A program made the translations under genes and the position numbers. The notes under the pieces were generated by a model. That model worked only from the letters and a program-made list of their open reading frames with translations, did no database searches and had not been told where the DNA came from. A DNA stretch of 50,911 nt, taken from Macrostomum lignano. Its lineage: Eukaryota. Below are positions 31,311 to 43,570 of the stretch, piece by piece (position 1 is the stretch's first letter; every line of letters begins with the position of its first letter). The stretch is taken from contig NIVC01000519.1 in NCBI GenBank assembly GCA_002269645.1, positions 1-50,911 of the forward strand, given 5' to 3'.

Positions 31311-34300
31311 CAGTCAGTCAGTCAGTCAGTCAGTCAGTCAGTCAGTCAGTCAGTCAGTCAGTCAGTCAGTCAGTCAGTCAGTCAGTCAGTCAGTCAGTCA
31401 GTCAGTCAGTCATTCAGTCAGTCAGTCAGTCAGTCAGTCAGTCAGTCAGTCAGTCAGTCAGTCAGTCAGTCAGTCAGTCAGTCAGTCAGTCAGTCAGTCA
31501 GTCAGTCAGTCAGTCAGTCAGTCAGTCATTCAGTCAGTCAGTCAGTCAGTCAGTCAGTCAGTCAGTCAGTCAGTCAGTCAGTCAGTCAGTCAGTCAGTCA
31601 GTCAGTCAGTCAGTCAGTCAGTCAGTCAGTCAGTCAGTCAGTCAGTCAGTCATTCAGTCAGTCAGTCAGTCAGTCAGTCAGTCAGTCAGTCAGTCAGTCA
31701 GTCAGTCAGTCAGTCAGTCAGTCAGTCAGTCAGTCAGTCAGTCAGTCAGTCAGTCAGTCAGTCAGTCAGTCAGTCAGTCAGTCAGTCAGTCAGTCAGTCA
31801 GTCAGTCAGTCAGTCAGTCAGTCAGTCAGTCAGTCAGTCAGTCAGTCAGTCAGTCAGTCAGTCAGTCAGTCAGTCAGTTGTCCTGTCGAGTAGAGGCGGC
31901 TATGGCAAATTCCAGTGGGCCTCCGCTGCCTTCGATCTGTGGGAACAAATGCGCGAATTGACGAGGAACCGAAGCGATGCAACAGTTGCCGACCCTCCCA
32001 CAGGGATGGCAGGAGAGCAGTGGCAGAACCGAACTCCCCCAGTAAAATTCCAGCTTCCGAAGTCCTACAGCTCTGCAGCTGGCACTCTTGAGCACGCTTG
32101 AGCAGTTTCCTTCATCTCTCTCTGTCCGACTGTTTTCGTCTCTCTCTAGAAGCAGCAGCCGGCTAAAACTCCCATGGCAAATCAATTTTATGCGTACAAA
32201 ACTGATCTTAAATTGGGTGGCCATTTCCCTTCACAGAATTTTACATTGAACACCTGGTCTCTCAGTGGCAATATAGTGGAGTTCTAAAGTTCATTGTGTA
32301 CTCTATCTTGTCTTCCTCTACCTTTTTAATCCGCTGAAAAGTGCATACGCGTCCAGTTTTAATTACTTAGGCAGAAGCGACATTTGTCCCTCTGCCCAGA
32401 GTCTGAAGTATTTCCAGCCTTGCGAATTAATCACAGGTCCATATGAAAATTGTCTGCATCGATCCAATGCATAGCTTGGGGAGGGCTGTTTTCCCATCAT
32501 CAGTCAGTTTCTCTGCCTGCTTGTCCGCCAACTTTAACCCCTAGGATATGATGCTAATGCTGAGGATGCGAGGGCTACTGAGGAAAGCTATGGAATGACG
32601 CTAATAGAAAGGCTAATGATGCTACAGAGTGACGCTAATAGCAAGGCTAATGATGCTACAGAGTGAGGCTAATAGCAACGCTAATGATGCTACAGACTGA
32701 GGCTAATAGCAAGGCTAATGATGCTACAGAGTGAGGCTAATAGCAACGCTAATGATGCTACAGAGTGAGGCTAATAGCAACGTTAATGATGCTACAGAGT
32801 GAGGCTAATAGCAAATCTAATGATGCTACAGAGTGAGGCTAATAGCAAGGCTAATGATGCTACAGAGTGAGGCTAATAGCAAGGCTAATGATGCTACAGA
32901 GTGAGGCTAATAGCAAGGCTAATGATGCAAGGCTAATGATGCTACAGAGTGACGCTAATAGCAAGGCTAATGATGCTACAGAGTGAGGCTAATAACAAGG
33001 CTAATTATGCTACAGAGTGAGGCTAATAGCAACGCTAATTATGCTACAGAGTGAGGCTAATAGCAACGCTAATGATGCTACAGAGTGAGGCTAATAGCAA
33101 CGTTAATGATGCTACAGACTGAGGCTAATAGCAAGGCTAATGATGCTACAGAGTGAGGCTAATAGCAAGGCTAATGATGCTACAGACTGAGGCTAATAGC
33201 AAGGCTAATGATGCTACAGACTGAGGCTAATAGCAAGGCTAATGATGCTACAGACTGAGGCTAATAGCAAGGCTAATGATGCTACAGACTGAGGCTAATA
33301 GCAAGGCTAATGATGCTACAGACTGAGGCTAATAGCAAGGCTAATGATGCTACAGACTGAGGCTAATAGCAACGCTAATAATGCTACAGAGTGACGCTAA
33401 TAGCAAGGCTAATGATGCTACAGAGTGAGGCTAATAGCAAGGCTAATGATGCTACAGACTGAGGCTAATAGCAACGCTAATGATGCTACAGACTGAGGCT
33501 AATAGCAACGCTAATGATGCTACAGAGTGACGCTAATAGCAAGGCTAATGATGCTACAGAGTGAGGCTAATAGCAACGCTAATGATGCTACAGAGTGAGG
33601 CTAATAGCAACGTTAATGATGCTACAGAGTGAGGCTAATAGCAAATCTAATGATGCTACAGAGTGAGGCTAATAGCAAGGCTAATGATGCTACAGAGTGA
33701 GGCTAATAGCAAGGCTAATGATGCTACAGAGTGAGGCTAATAGCAAGGCTAATGATGCAAGGCTAATGATGCTACAGAGTGACGCTAATAGCAAGGCTAA
33801 TGATGCTACAGAGTGAGGCTAATAACAAGGCTAATTATGCTACAGAGTGAGGCTAATAGCAACGCTAATGATGCTACAGAGTGAGGCTAATAGCAAGGCT
33901 AATGATGCTACAGACTGAGGCTAATAGCAAGGCTAATGATGCTACAGACTGAGGCTAATAGCAAGGCTAATGATGCTACAGACTGAGGCTAATAGCAAGG
34001 CTAATGATGCTACAGACTGAGGCTAATAGCAAGGCTAATGATGCTACAGAGTGAGGCTAATAGCAAGGCTAATGATGCTACAGACTGAGGCTAATAGCAA
34101 CGCTAATAATGCTACAGAGTGACGCTAATAGCAAGGCTAATGATGCTACAGACTGAGGCTAATAGCAACGCTAATGATGCTACAGACTGAGGCTAATAGC
34201 AACGCTAATGATGCTACAGAGTGACGCTAATAGCAAGGCTAATGATGCTACAGAGTGAGGCTAATAGCAAGGCTAATGATGCTACAGAGTGAGGCTAATA

Positions 34301-37300
34301 GCAAGGCTAATGATGCTACAGACTGAGGCTAATAGCAAGAATAATGATGCTACAGAGTGACGCTAATAACAAGGCTAATGATGCCGAACTCGCAATTCCA
34401 TTTATCAGGGTCAATTGCTACCCACGTGCGGCATGGCCACTCCCTCAATGCTGTTTCTGCAGCAGAGAATGGAAGAGACGGTCTGTGTGCAGTTGGCTTG
34501 CACCCTGACTCTGGCACGCGGTTGCCGAGAGCATTGCTCAAATTATATTTGTTGCTTTTGTTCTGGAGAATGGGGCCCTGGCAACAGCGGTGCTTGCGGC
34601 TTTTTTTAAGTTCAACTGTTTTTTGTCTCTGCTAAGCACTTGTTTTTGAGTCCCTATTTATAAGTCCCTGTTCCCGAGTCCCTGTCTATTAGTCCCTGTT
34701 CCCGAGTCCCTGTCTATTAGTCCCTGTTCCCGAGTCCCTGTCTATTAGTCCCTGTTCCCGAGTCCCTGTCTATTAGTCCCTGTTCCCGAGTCCCTGTCTA
34801 TTAGTCCCTGTTCCCGAGTCCCTGTCTATAAGTCCCTGTTCCCGAGTCCCTGTCTATAAGTCCCTGTACCCGAGTCCCTGTCTATGAGTCCCTGTTCCCG
34901 AGTCCCTGTCTATTAGTCCCTGTTCCCGAGTCCCTGTCTATTAGTCCCTGTTCCCGAGTCCCTGTCTATAAGTCCCTGTTCCCGAGTCCCTGTCTATAAG
35001 TCCCTGTACCCGAGTCCCTGTCTATGAGTCCCTGTTCCCGAGTCCCTGTCTATTAGTCCCTGTTCCCGAGTCCCTGTCTATTAGTCCCTGTTCCCGAGTC
35101 CCTGTCTATAAGTCCCTGTTCCCGAGTCCCTGTCTATAAGTCCCTGTTCCCGAGTCCCTGTCTATTAGTCCCTGTTCCCGAGTCCGTGTCTATAAGTTCC
35201 TGTTCCCGAGTCCCTGTCTATAAGTCCCTGTTCCCGAGTCCCTGTCTATAAGTCCCTGTTCCCGAGTCCCTGTCTATAAGTCCCTGTTCCCGAGTCCCTG
35301 TCTATAAGTCCCTATTCCCGAGTCCCTGTCTATAATTTCCTATCACTAATTCCCAGTTTCTAAAAACCTGTCATCGAGTCGGTCTCTCCCGCACTTTACC
35401 CTCTTGAACACATAAAAATCTTTCTATCCAGATTATCTTTTCAATCCAGTCTCCCTCCCTCCTTCCCTCTCTCTCTTCTTTCCATTTTTGGCGTCGAGCC
35501 GCAACCGCCCGGTCACGCGAAGCCGCCGGACCTGCCAGCTCTGCTTCTGCTGCTCGCGATTTTGGCAGCCAATTTTATTTGCTGACCGACAGCCAATTTG
35601 TTCCTCATTATATCGAGTGCTGGGGGAATCGGGCGGTCCTTCAGGCTCGTCTCTCCCCTCTCTCCCCTCCCGCTGTGCTAAACGGAAATGAGGACAGCCC
35701 CAGCGTTGGAATCCCCCTTGCCGCCGCCACCAAACTTTTTTTGTATTTCGTAACCAGCCTGCATGCATAGCAGCAACCGCGATTTTGCTGCGTACAAAAA
35801 TGCGCCGCTATCAATGGTTTGAATTGAAAGGGTTTTGGATTGCAATTTTTTGCATGTTAGTTTTTAGCACACTGCTTTACAAAACCCTGCTTGTGGTGAT
35901 TGTTGGAGGCAGATTAGGGAATGAAGGAATTAAGGAATGAAGGGAAGGAAGGTAGGTAGATATATAAACAGCTGGGTTGGTAGATGAGGTAGGTTGACAA
36001 GCAGGTAGACAGCCAGGTAGGAAGGTAGACAGGTAGACAGGCAGGTAGACAGGCAGGTAGACAGGCAGGTAGACAGGCAGATAGGCTGGTAGACGGGTAG
36101 ACAGGCAGATAGACAGGCAGATAGGCTGGTAGACTGGTAGACAGGCAGGTAGACAGGCAGATAGGCTGATAGGCGGGTAGACAGGCAGGTAGACAGGCAG
36201 ATAGGCTGGTAGGCGGGTAGACAGACAGGTAGACAGGCAGATAGGCTGGTAGGCGGGTAGACAGGCAGGTAGACAGGCAGGTAGACTGGTAGGCGGGTAG
36301 ACAGGCAGGTAGACAGGCAGGTAGACTGGTAGGCGGGTAGACAGGCAGGTAGACAGGCAGATAGGCTGGTAGGCGGGTAGACAGGCAGATAGACAGGCAG
36401 GTAGACAGGCACGTAGACAGGCAGGTAGACAGGCAGGTAGACAGGCAGGTAGACAGGCAGGTAGACAGGCAGGTAGGCTGGTAGGCGGGTAGACAGGCAG
36501 GTAGACAGGCAGATAGGCTGGTAGGCGGGTAGACAGGCAGATAGGCTGGTAGGCGGGTAGACAGGCAGATAGACAGGCAGATAGGCTGGTAGACGGGTAG
36601 ACAGGCAGATAGACAGGCAGATAGGCTGATAGGCGGGTAGACAGGCAGGTAGACAGGCAGATAGGCTGGTAGGCGGGTAGACAGGCAGGTAGACAAGCAG
36701 GTAGACAGGCAGGTAGACAGGCAGGTAGACAGGCAGGTAGACAGGCAGGTAGACAGGCAGGTAGACAGGCAGGTAGACAGGCAGGTAGACAGGCAGGTAG
36801 ACAGGCAGGTAGGCTGATAGGCGGGTAGACAGGCAGGTAGACAGGCAGATAGGCTGGTAGGCGGGTAGACAGACAGGTAGACAGGCAGATAGGCTGGTAG
36901 GCGGGTAGACAGGCAGGTAGACAGGCAGGTAGACTGGTAGGCGGGTAGACAGGCAGGTAGACAGGCAGGTAGACTGGTAGGCGGGTAGACAGGCAGGTAG
37001 ACAGGCAGATAGGCTGGTAGGCGGGTAGACAGGCAGATAGACAGGCAGGTAGACAGGCAGGTAGACAGGCAGGTAGACAGGCAGGTAGACAGGCAGGTAG
37101 ACAGGCAGGTAGACAGGCAGGTAGACAGGCAGATAGGCTGGTAGGCGGGTAGACAGGCGGGTAGACAGGCAGATAGACTGGTAGGCGGGTAGACAGGCAG
37201 GTAGACAGGCAGATAGGCTGGTAGGCGGGTAGACAGGCAGATAGACAGGCAGGTAGACAGGCAGGTAGACAGGCAGGTAGACAGGCAGATAGGCTGGTAG

Positions 37301-40300
37301 GCGGGTAGACAGGCAGGTAGACAGGCAGATAGGCTGGTAGACAGGTAGACAGGCAGATAGGCTGGTAGACGGGTAGACAGGCAGATAGACAGGCAGGTAG
37401 ACAGGCAGGTAGACAGGCAGATAGGCTGGTAGGCGGGTAGACAGGCAGGTAGACAGGCAGATAGGCTGGTAGACAGGTAGACAGGCAGATAGGCTGGTAG
37501 GCAGGTAGACAGGCAGGTAGGCAGGAAGGTAGACAGGCAGATAGGCTGGTAGGCAGGTAGACAGGCAGGTAGACAGGCAGGTAGACAGGCAGGTAGACAG
37601 GCAGGTAGACAGGCAGGTAGACAGGCAGGTAGACAGGCAGGTAGACAGGCAGGTAGACAGGCAGATAGGCTGGTAGGCAGGTAGACAGGCAGGTAGGCAG
37701 GTAGATAGGCAGGTAGTTAGGCAGGCAAGGTAGATTGGTATTAAAGGCCGCAGAATAAAAATTCAATTTTTCGACTTTGCACATCAAATTCGGCATTGGT
37801 TTGCACTTCAACCTGCAGGGCCCCATGGGCGCGGTGCCGTCCAGCAGCTTCACCCCGGACATCACGCCCATCATCCTGGCCGCTCATATCGACAACTACG
37901 AGATCCTGAAGATCCTGCTGGACCGCGGCGACCGCGTGCCCAAGCCGCACGAGCTGCGCTGCGCCTGCGATGAGTGCGTGCTGGCGCAGAAGGAGGACAG
38001 CCTGCGGCACTCCAAGTCGCGAATCAACGCCTACAAAGCCCTGGCGAGTCCCTCCTTGATCTGCCTGTCTAGCAAGGATCCAATTCTGACCGCCTTCGAG
38101 CTCAGCTGGGAGATGAAGCGACTAGGGAGGCTGGAGAACGAGTTCAAGAGCGAGTACGAGCAGTTGGCCGCCAAGTGCCAGGAGTACGCCTCCGCCCTGC
38201 TGGAGCAGACCCGCAGTTCCGCTGAGCTGGCTATCGTGCTCAACCAGGACATCGGCCAGAGCGGCCACAAGGTGAACGAGAAGGCGCTGGAAGAGACTGA
38301 TGAAGAACGGATGACTCTGTCCAGATTGAAGCTGGCGATTAAATACAAGCAGAAGAAGGTGAGGATCCGCGATGATGAGCCATGGAAGCGGAGGGTGCGG
38401 AGGGTGCAGAGGGTGCGGAAGGTGGGGATGATGCGGAGGGTGCGGATGGTGCGGAGGGTATAGGGGTGAAGAGAGCATTCAAGGTCAGGAGTGTACGGAG
38501 GCCGTGGAGTGCATGTAGAATGTGTAGGGCAGAGGGTTTGGAGGGTACTGTGGATTAGGGTTAGGGCTCAAGAATGCTCATACATTCGGTCTATGTTTTT
38601 AATAAAATATTTACATATTTATATATTTATATTTATATTCTTCCCTAGAATTGTACAGATAAACTGTATTAGCACTTTTATCGCGAGCTTGTACTCTTTT
38701 GACCTCTGACCTGAAGAATATGATTGAGCAGTCGTAGGCTGCCTTAGGAAACTGTACTGTTTGCTGTATTCCAGTCTCCAGCATCCCAAAGTCCAAGATG
38801 AAGCGATTTATTATGCCAGCCTGCAGCCTCAGTCAGTGGCTACTCTTTGCTCCTCGGCAATTTTCTGCACAACCCTTTGCACTGGCCGAAAAAGGGAAGT
38901 CGAGTCGGAGGCTGTAGGATTTGGACTGATGGAGCAGCGTTGCAATCAGAACTGCGCGGCTGTCCCAAGGAATTCGCTTCCGTCCTCGCTTTCTTCCCCT
39001 CCAGCTCCGGAAAAAAATCCCCTCCAATTTGCATCCCGGCGCCAATTTAAATAATTATGAGCGATTCCGCCTCCTAATTATATGCTACTTTTCCTCTCTT
39101 CTTTGCTGCCCGTCTCGTTCAGAGTCGGAGAGCGGATTCAAATTGATAGAGCGCCTCTGAAGGTCTGGGGTTCGATTTCCCTTGTCGCTGCACTTTTCAG
39201 ATGCTGCGGATTAAGTATTCTAATTTTTGCGATAAAATTGAGATAAAAGCTTGTTAGTTTTCTTGCAGTTCAACTCTTAGTCTCTTGTGACATTGTTGAT
39301 AGATTGGCAGTTTGATTGGACTGAAAATTTTGAATACATTGATAGTTTGATTAGATTGACAAGTTTGAATAGATTGACAGTTTGATTGGATTGACAAGCT
39401 TGAATAGATTGACAGTTTGGTTGGATTGGAAGATTTGATTAGATTGACAGTTTTATCGGATTGAAAGTTTGATTAGATTGAGTTTTATTGGATTGACAGT
39501 TTGATTGGATTGACAGGTTTGATTAGATTGACAGTTTGATTAGATTGATAGTTTGATTGGATTGACAGTTTGATTGGATTGACAGTTTTATTGGATTGAC
39601 AGTTTTATTGGATTGACAGTTTGATTGGATTGACAGGTTTGATTGGATTGACAGGTTTGATTGGATTGACAGGTTTGATTGGATTGGAAGATTTGATTAG
39701 ATTGACAGTTTGATTGGATTGACAGTTTGATCGGATTGACAGGTTTGATTAGATTGACAGTTTGATTGGATTGACAGGTTTGATTGGATTGACAGGTTTG
39801 ATTAGATTGACAGGTTTGATTAGATTTACAGTTTGATTGGATTGACAGGTTTGATTGGATTGGAAGATTTGATTAGATTGACAGGATTGATTAGATGGAC
39901 AAGCTTGAATAGATTGACAGGTTGATTAGATTGACAGTTTGATTGGATTGACAAGCTTGAATAGATTAACAGTTTGATTGGATTGGCAGATTTGATTAGA
40001 TTGACAGGTTTGATTGAATTGACAGTTTGATTAGATTGACAGTTTGATTGGATTGACAGTTTGATTGGATTGACAGTTTGATTAGATTGACAGTTTGATT
40101 GGATTGACAGTTTGATTGGATTGATTCGGCTACAGATCTGGAAGGAATTTGCGTGAGTTTGCGCGCTCTCAATACACGAAGATGAGCCCAGCCTGAACGG
40201 TAGCTGGGGGACACTGTCTGCCTGTCTGGGGCTTCTGTATTGACACACAGCTCAGCCGCTGTCGCTCTCCTCCTCTCTCTCTCTCTCTCTCTCCCTTATT

Positions 40301-43188
40301 CTCGAATTTTTTCATTATCTGTCTAGCGGAGTGACAGCGGGTCTTGAAACCACTGTGTGTGTATATAGATTATGCATATCTCATATATTATATGAGCTAT
40401 TGAATATATGGCTTCATCATATTCAAGTCGAGCTGTGGGGGGGGGGTTGGGCGCTGGTCTGGGTCTTTTATCTTCTTGAAAATGCGAATATTAGGAACGG
40501 AGGGAGAGGAGAGAGGAGAGGAGAGTTAACTGTGACAGATGCCTTCACCAGACAAGGCAGCCTGATCTGACTGATGTGTGTACTCCCCACCCCGCAGCTA
40601 CCAGCCGCAGATATCGGGGGGGGGGGGCAGTCAGCTGTCTCCAAAAGTCTTAGCCTATCATCTTCTGTTTCGCCTACTAGAAGCCAGGAGCCTGACTAGC
40701 TGCAGCAGTTGGCCCTTGAGGCAAAAAGCCTGACTTGACTGCCCCCAATTGCCCCCTAAAAGGCCTAAACCCAGTTTACCCCAGCCTGCGGCAATAATTT
40801 GTTCTTATAGTACAATAAATCCCATTTACCTGAGGCTTTACAACCGCGATTGTCGGTGGAGCTGTTTAGCGTACCTGCATAAAAATGATATCCTTTTTTT
40901 CTGGCCCGTTGACCAAATTGGACCAATTGTCAACAGGAAGATGGAGATGGAGATGGAGCGTAAACAGCGCCTCCGCTAGTCCGATCTGTATATGGAATTG
41001 AAGCACTCTGCTGGCTCATAAGTGGGCTTATAAGTAGTCTGGACTGAGACAAGGATATGGGGATGCGGAAGCTGGAGTGAATAATCTTGCTAGGGGCGCC
41101 AACTCCAGCTAGGGATGCCAGCATAGCGCGTGATTGTCAGGGAGTGCCAACTTGAGTGTCAAGGAGTGCCCACTTGAGTGTCAGGGAGAGCCCACTTGAG
41201 TGTCAGGTGGGTGCCAAATTGATTGTCAGATGGGTGCCAAATTGATTGTCAGGTAGGTGCCAACCTGAGTGTCAGGTGGGTGCCATCTTGAGTGTCAGAT
41301 GGGTGCCAACCTGAGTGTCAGGTGGGTGCCATCTTGAGTGGCAGATGGGTGCCAACTTGAGTGTCATGTGGGTGCCAATTTGAGTGTCAGGTGGGCGCCA
41401 ATTTGAGTGTCAGGTGGGTGCCAACTTAAGTGTCAGGTGGGCGCCAACTTAAGTGTCGCCAATAACTTCGCCATAAAACCCGATCCCTCAGTTCGTGGCG
41501 CATCCCCACTGCCAGCAGCTGCTGGCGGCGCTGTGGTACGACGGTCTGCCCGGCTTCCGGCGCAAGCACCTGATCCTGCAGATGGGCATGATTGCCACCT
41601 TTGCCGGGATTTTCCCCGCTCTGGCGTTCATGTACCTGCTGGCCCCGCACTCCGAAATGGGCCAGAAAATGCGGAAGCCCTTCATAAAGTTCATCTGTCA
41701 CAGCGCCTCCTACCTGCTGTTTCTCGGTGAGGACCGGCTCCGTGTGTGTTTTTGTCTTCTTGTTAGATTTATTTGTATTAGCAAATCAATATTTTAGCGT
41801 CACGTGACTAACCATTTTCAGTCGGAGGGGGGGCTACTGACCCTCTTTGACCTTCCCTAATGTTTGGCCTCAATATTTTTGGTTATTAATAATTTTAGCC
41901 TGTATAATATTTTACCAACTCCTTGTTTCTTTACTAGGCTTGCAACCTAGTGGTCAGAGCGTCGGACTCACGACTGAAAGGTCGGGGGTTCGATTCTCGA
42001 CTCACTCGGAACAATTTGTGTCCTTGAGCAAGACACTTAACTCTGCATTGCTTCAGGTCACCCAGCTGTAAAGTGGGTGCCAGCATTAGCTGGGGTAATT
42101 GAGTGTGTGTGGCGACCCCCCAGTCCTTGGACTGAACAGCCGTACGCAGCCTTCAGATGCGCCGCGCAATAGCTGCGGCTGAGCTGTCGGTTGCACATCT
42201 GGCCATTGGGGCAGGTGTAATCAGTTATTGTTACTATTATTATTTATTTATTTATTATTGGCTAGTGCAATCAATTTCCCCTCAACAACACCTGAAATTA
42301 GGTTTTCTGGTTTTGGCCGCGATTCGAGTCGAGGACCTCCTATTCGACACTATGGAGTTGAAAATGAAGGAGAGAGGCGCCGGGCCCTCGGCAGTGGAGC
42401 TCATCATCGTCACCTACGTTATGGGTGAGTTGCCCGACTGGCCCTGGCTGTTCTACAGGAAGAGATGCTCATTCTCATTCGCTCCAATTTAAACTCCATC
42501 AGGCTGAGCACTGATATTGTGGAATCAGGATTGAGGCTGTTTAACAATCCTGATTCTCCATACTATTCTCTCTCTCTCTCTCTCTCTCGGTCATGGGATT
42601 ATGCTCTTATTCACAAGTGCTTGAGCAAGAGAAAGAGAGAGAGAGAGAGAGAGAAGTCGGTCCCGTTCGCACCCACTCTTCCCCCATCACTCTCTCATTC
42701 AGCCCTCGGGGCCCCTCTAGCAATGCACACAGCCAGAATATGAGCCTGGGAATTCTCATTTGTCGGAATGGAGATTTTGATAGTATATGTCAGTTTTGGG
42801 GCGAGTTCAGGCCGCTACGTCGGGAATATGGGAGGGGGGGGAAGACGGCATGGATTGATCCCGGATCCCCGGCGTAGCCTGAAGGCTCGCCTGCCGGCCT
42901 GTCCTGCTAGCAACCGCAGTTCTCTATTAGGAGATGTGGCCAAGTCAGACTTTTAGTGATGGTCGGTCCGCTCTGCAATCCTGCCCGGTTATTCAGCGGC
43001 TTTAGGAGGCTGAAAATTACAAGTTAAGATATAGCGGTAGAGAGGGAGAGAGTTGAAAAAAAGACAGAGAGAGTAGAGGTGAGATAGAGGGAGAGAAGTA
43101 GGAAGAGAAGTAGAAGGAAGATGGAAAGACAAGTAGTTCGTAGAGGTGAGGTGGAAGGAGAGAAGTAGAGGAGAGACGGAGAGAGAGG

Positions 43189-43223
<35 letters not shown>

Positions 43224-43234
43224 GGAGAGAGAGG

Positions 43235-43269
<35 letters not shown>

Positions 43270-43475
43270 GGGGAGAGAGAGAGAGAGGAGGGCACCTCCA
43301 ATCTCAGGCACTGACACAGTAGCGGTAGAAAGGACTGAAGAAAGTCAGTTTAATTGAATTGCCGATATTTCGAAATTATTGTATTATCTTTCTTCGTCAG
43401 GGCAAGTGAGGTGAGGTGGAAGGAGAGAAGTAGAGGGGAGACGGAGAGAGAAGTAGAGGAGAGACGGAGAGAGAG

Positions 43476-43570
<95 letters not shown>

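Noticed and set aside
35877-37874. 665-aa minus-strand ORF
   Set aside because: Translation of the 12-mer repeat plus the antisense of a TRPC exon.
38555-38566. TTAGGG x2
   Set aside because: Too short to indicate an interstitial telomeric array.
39145-39197. tRNA-like fragment with B-box GGTTCGATTTCC and a T run
   Set aside because: No anticodon arm or acceptor stem can be folded. At most a decayed SINE or tRNA piece.
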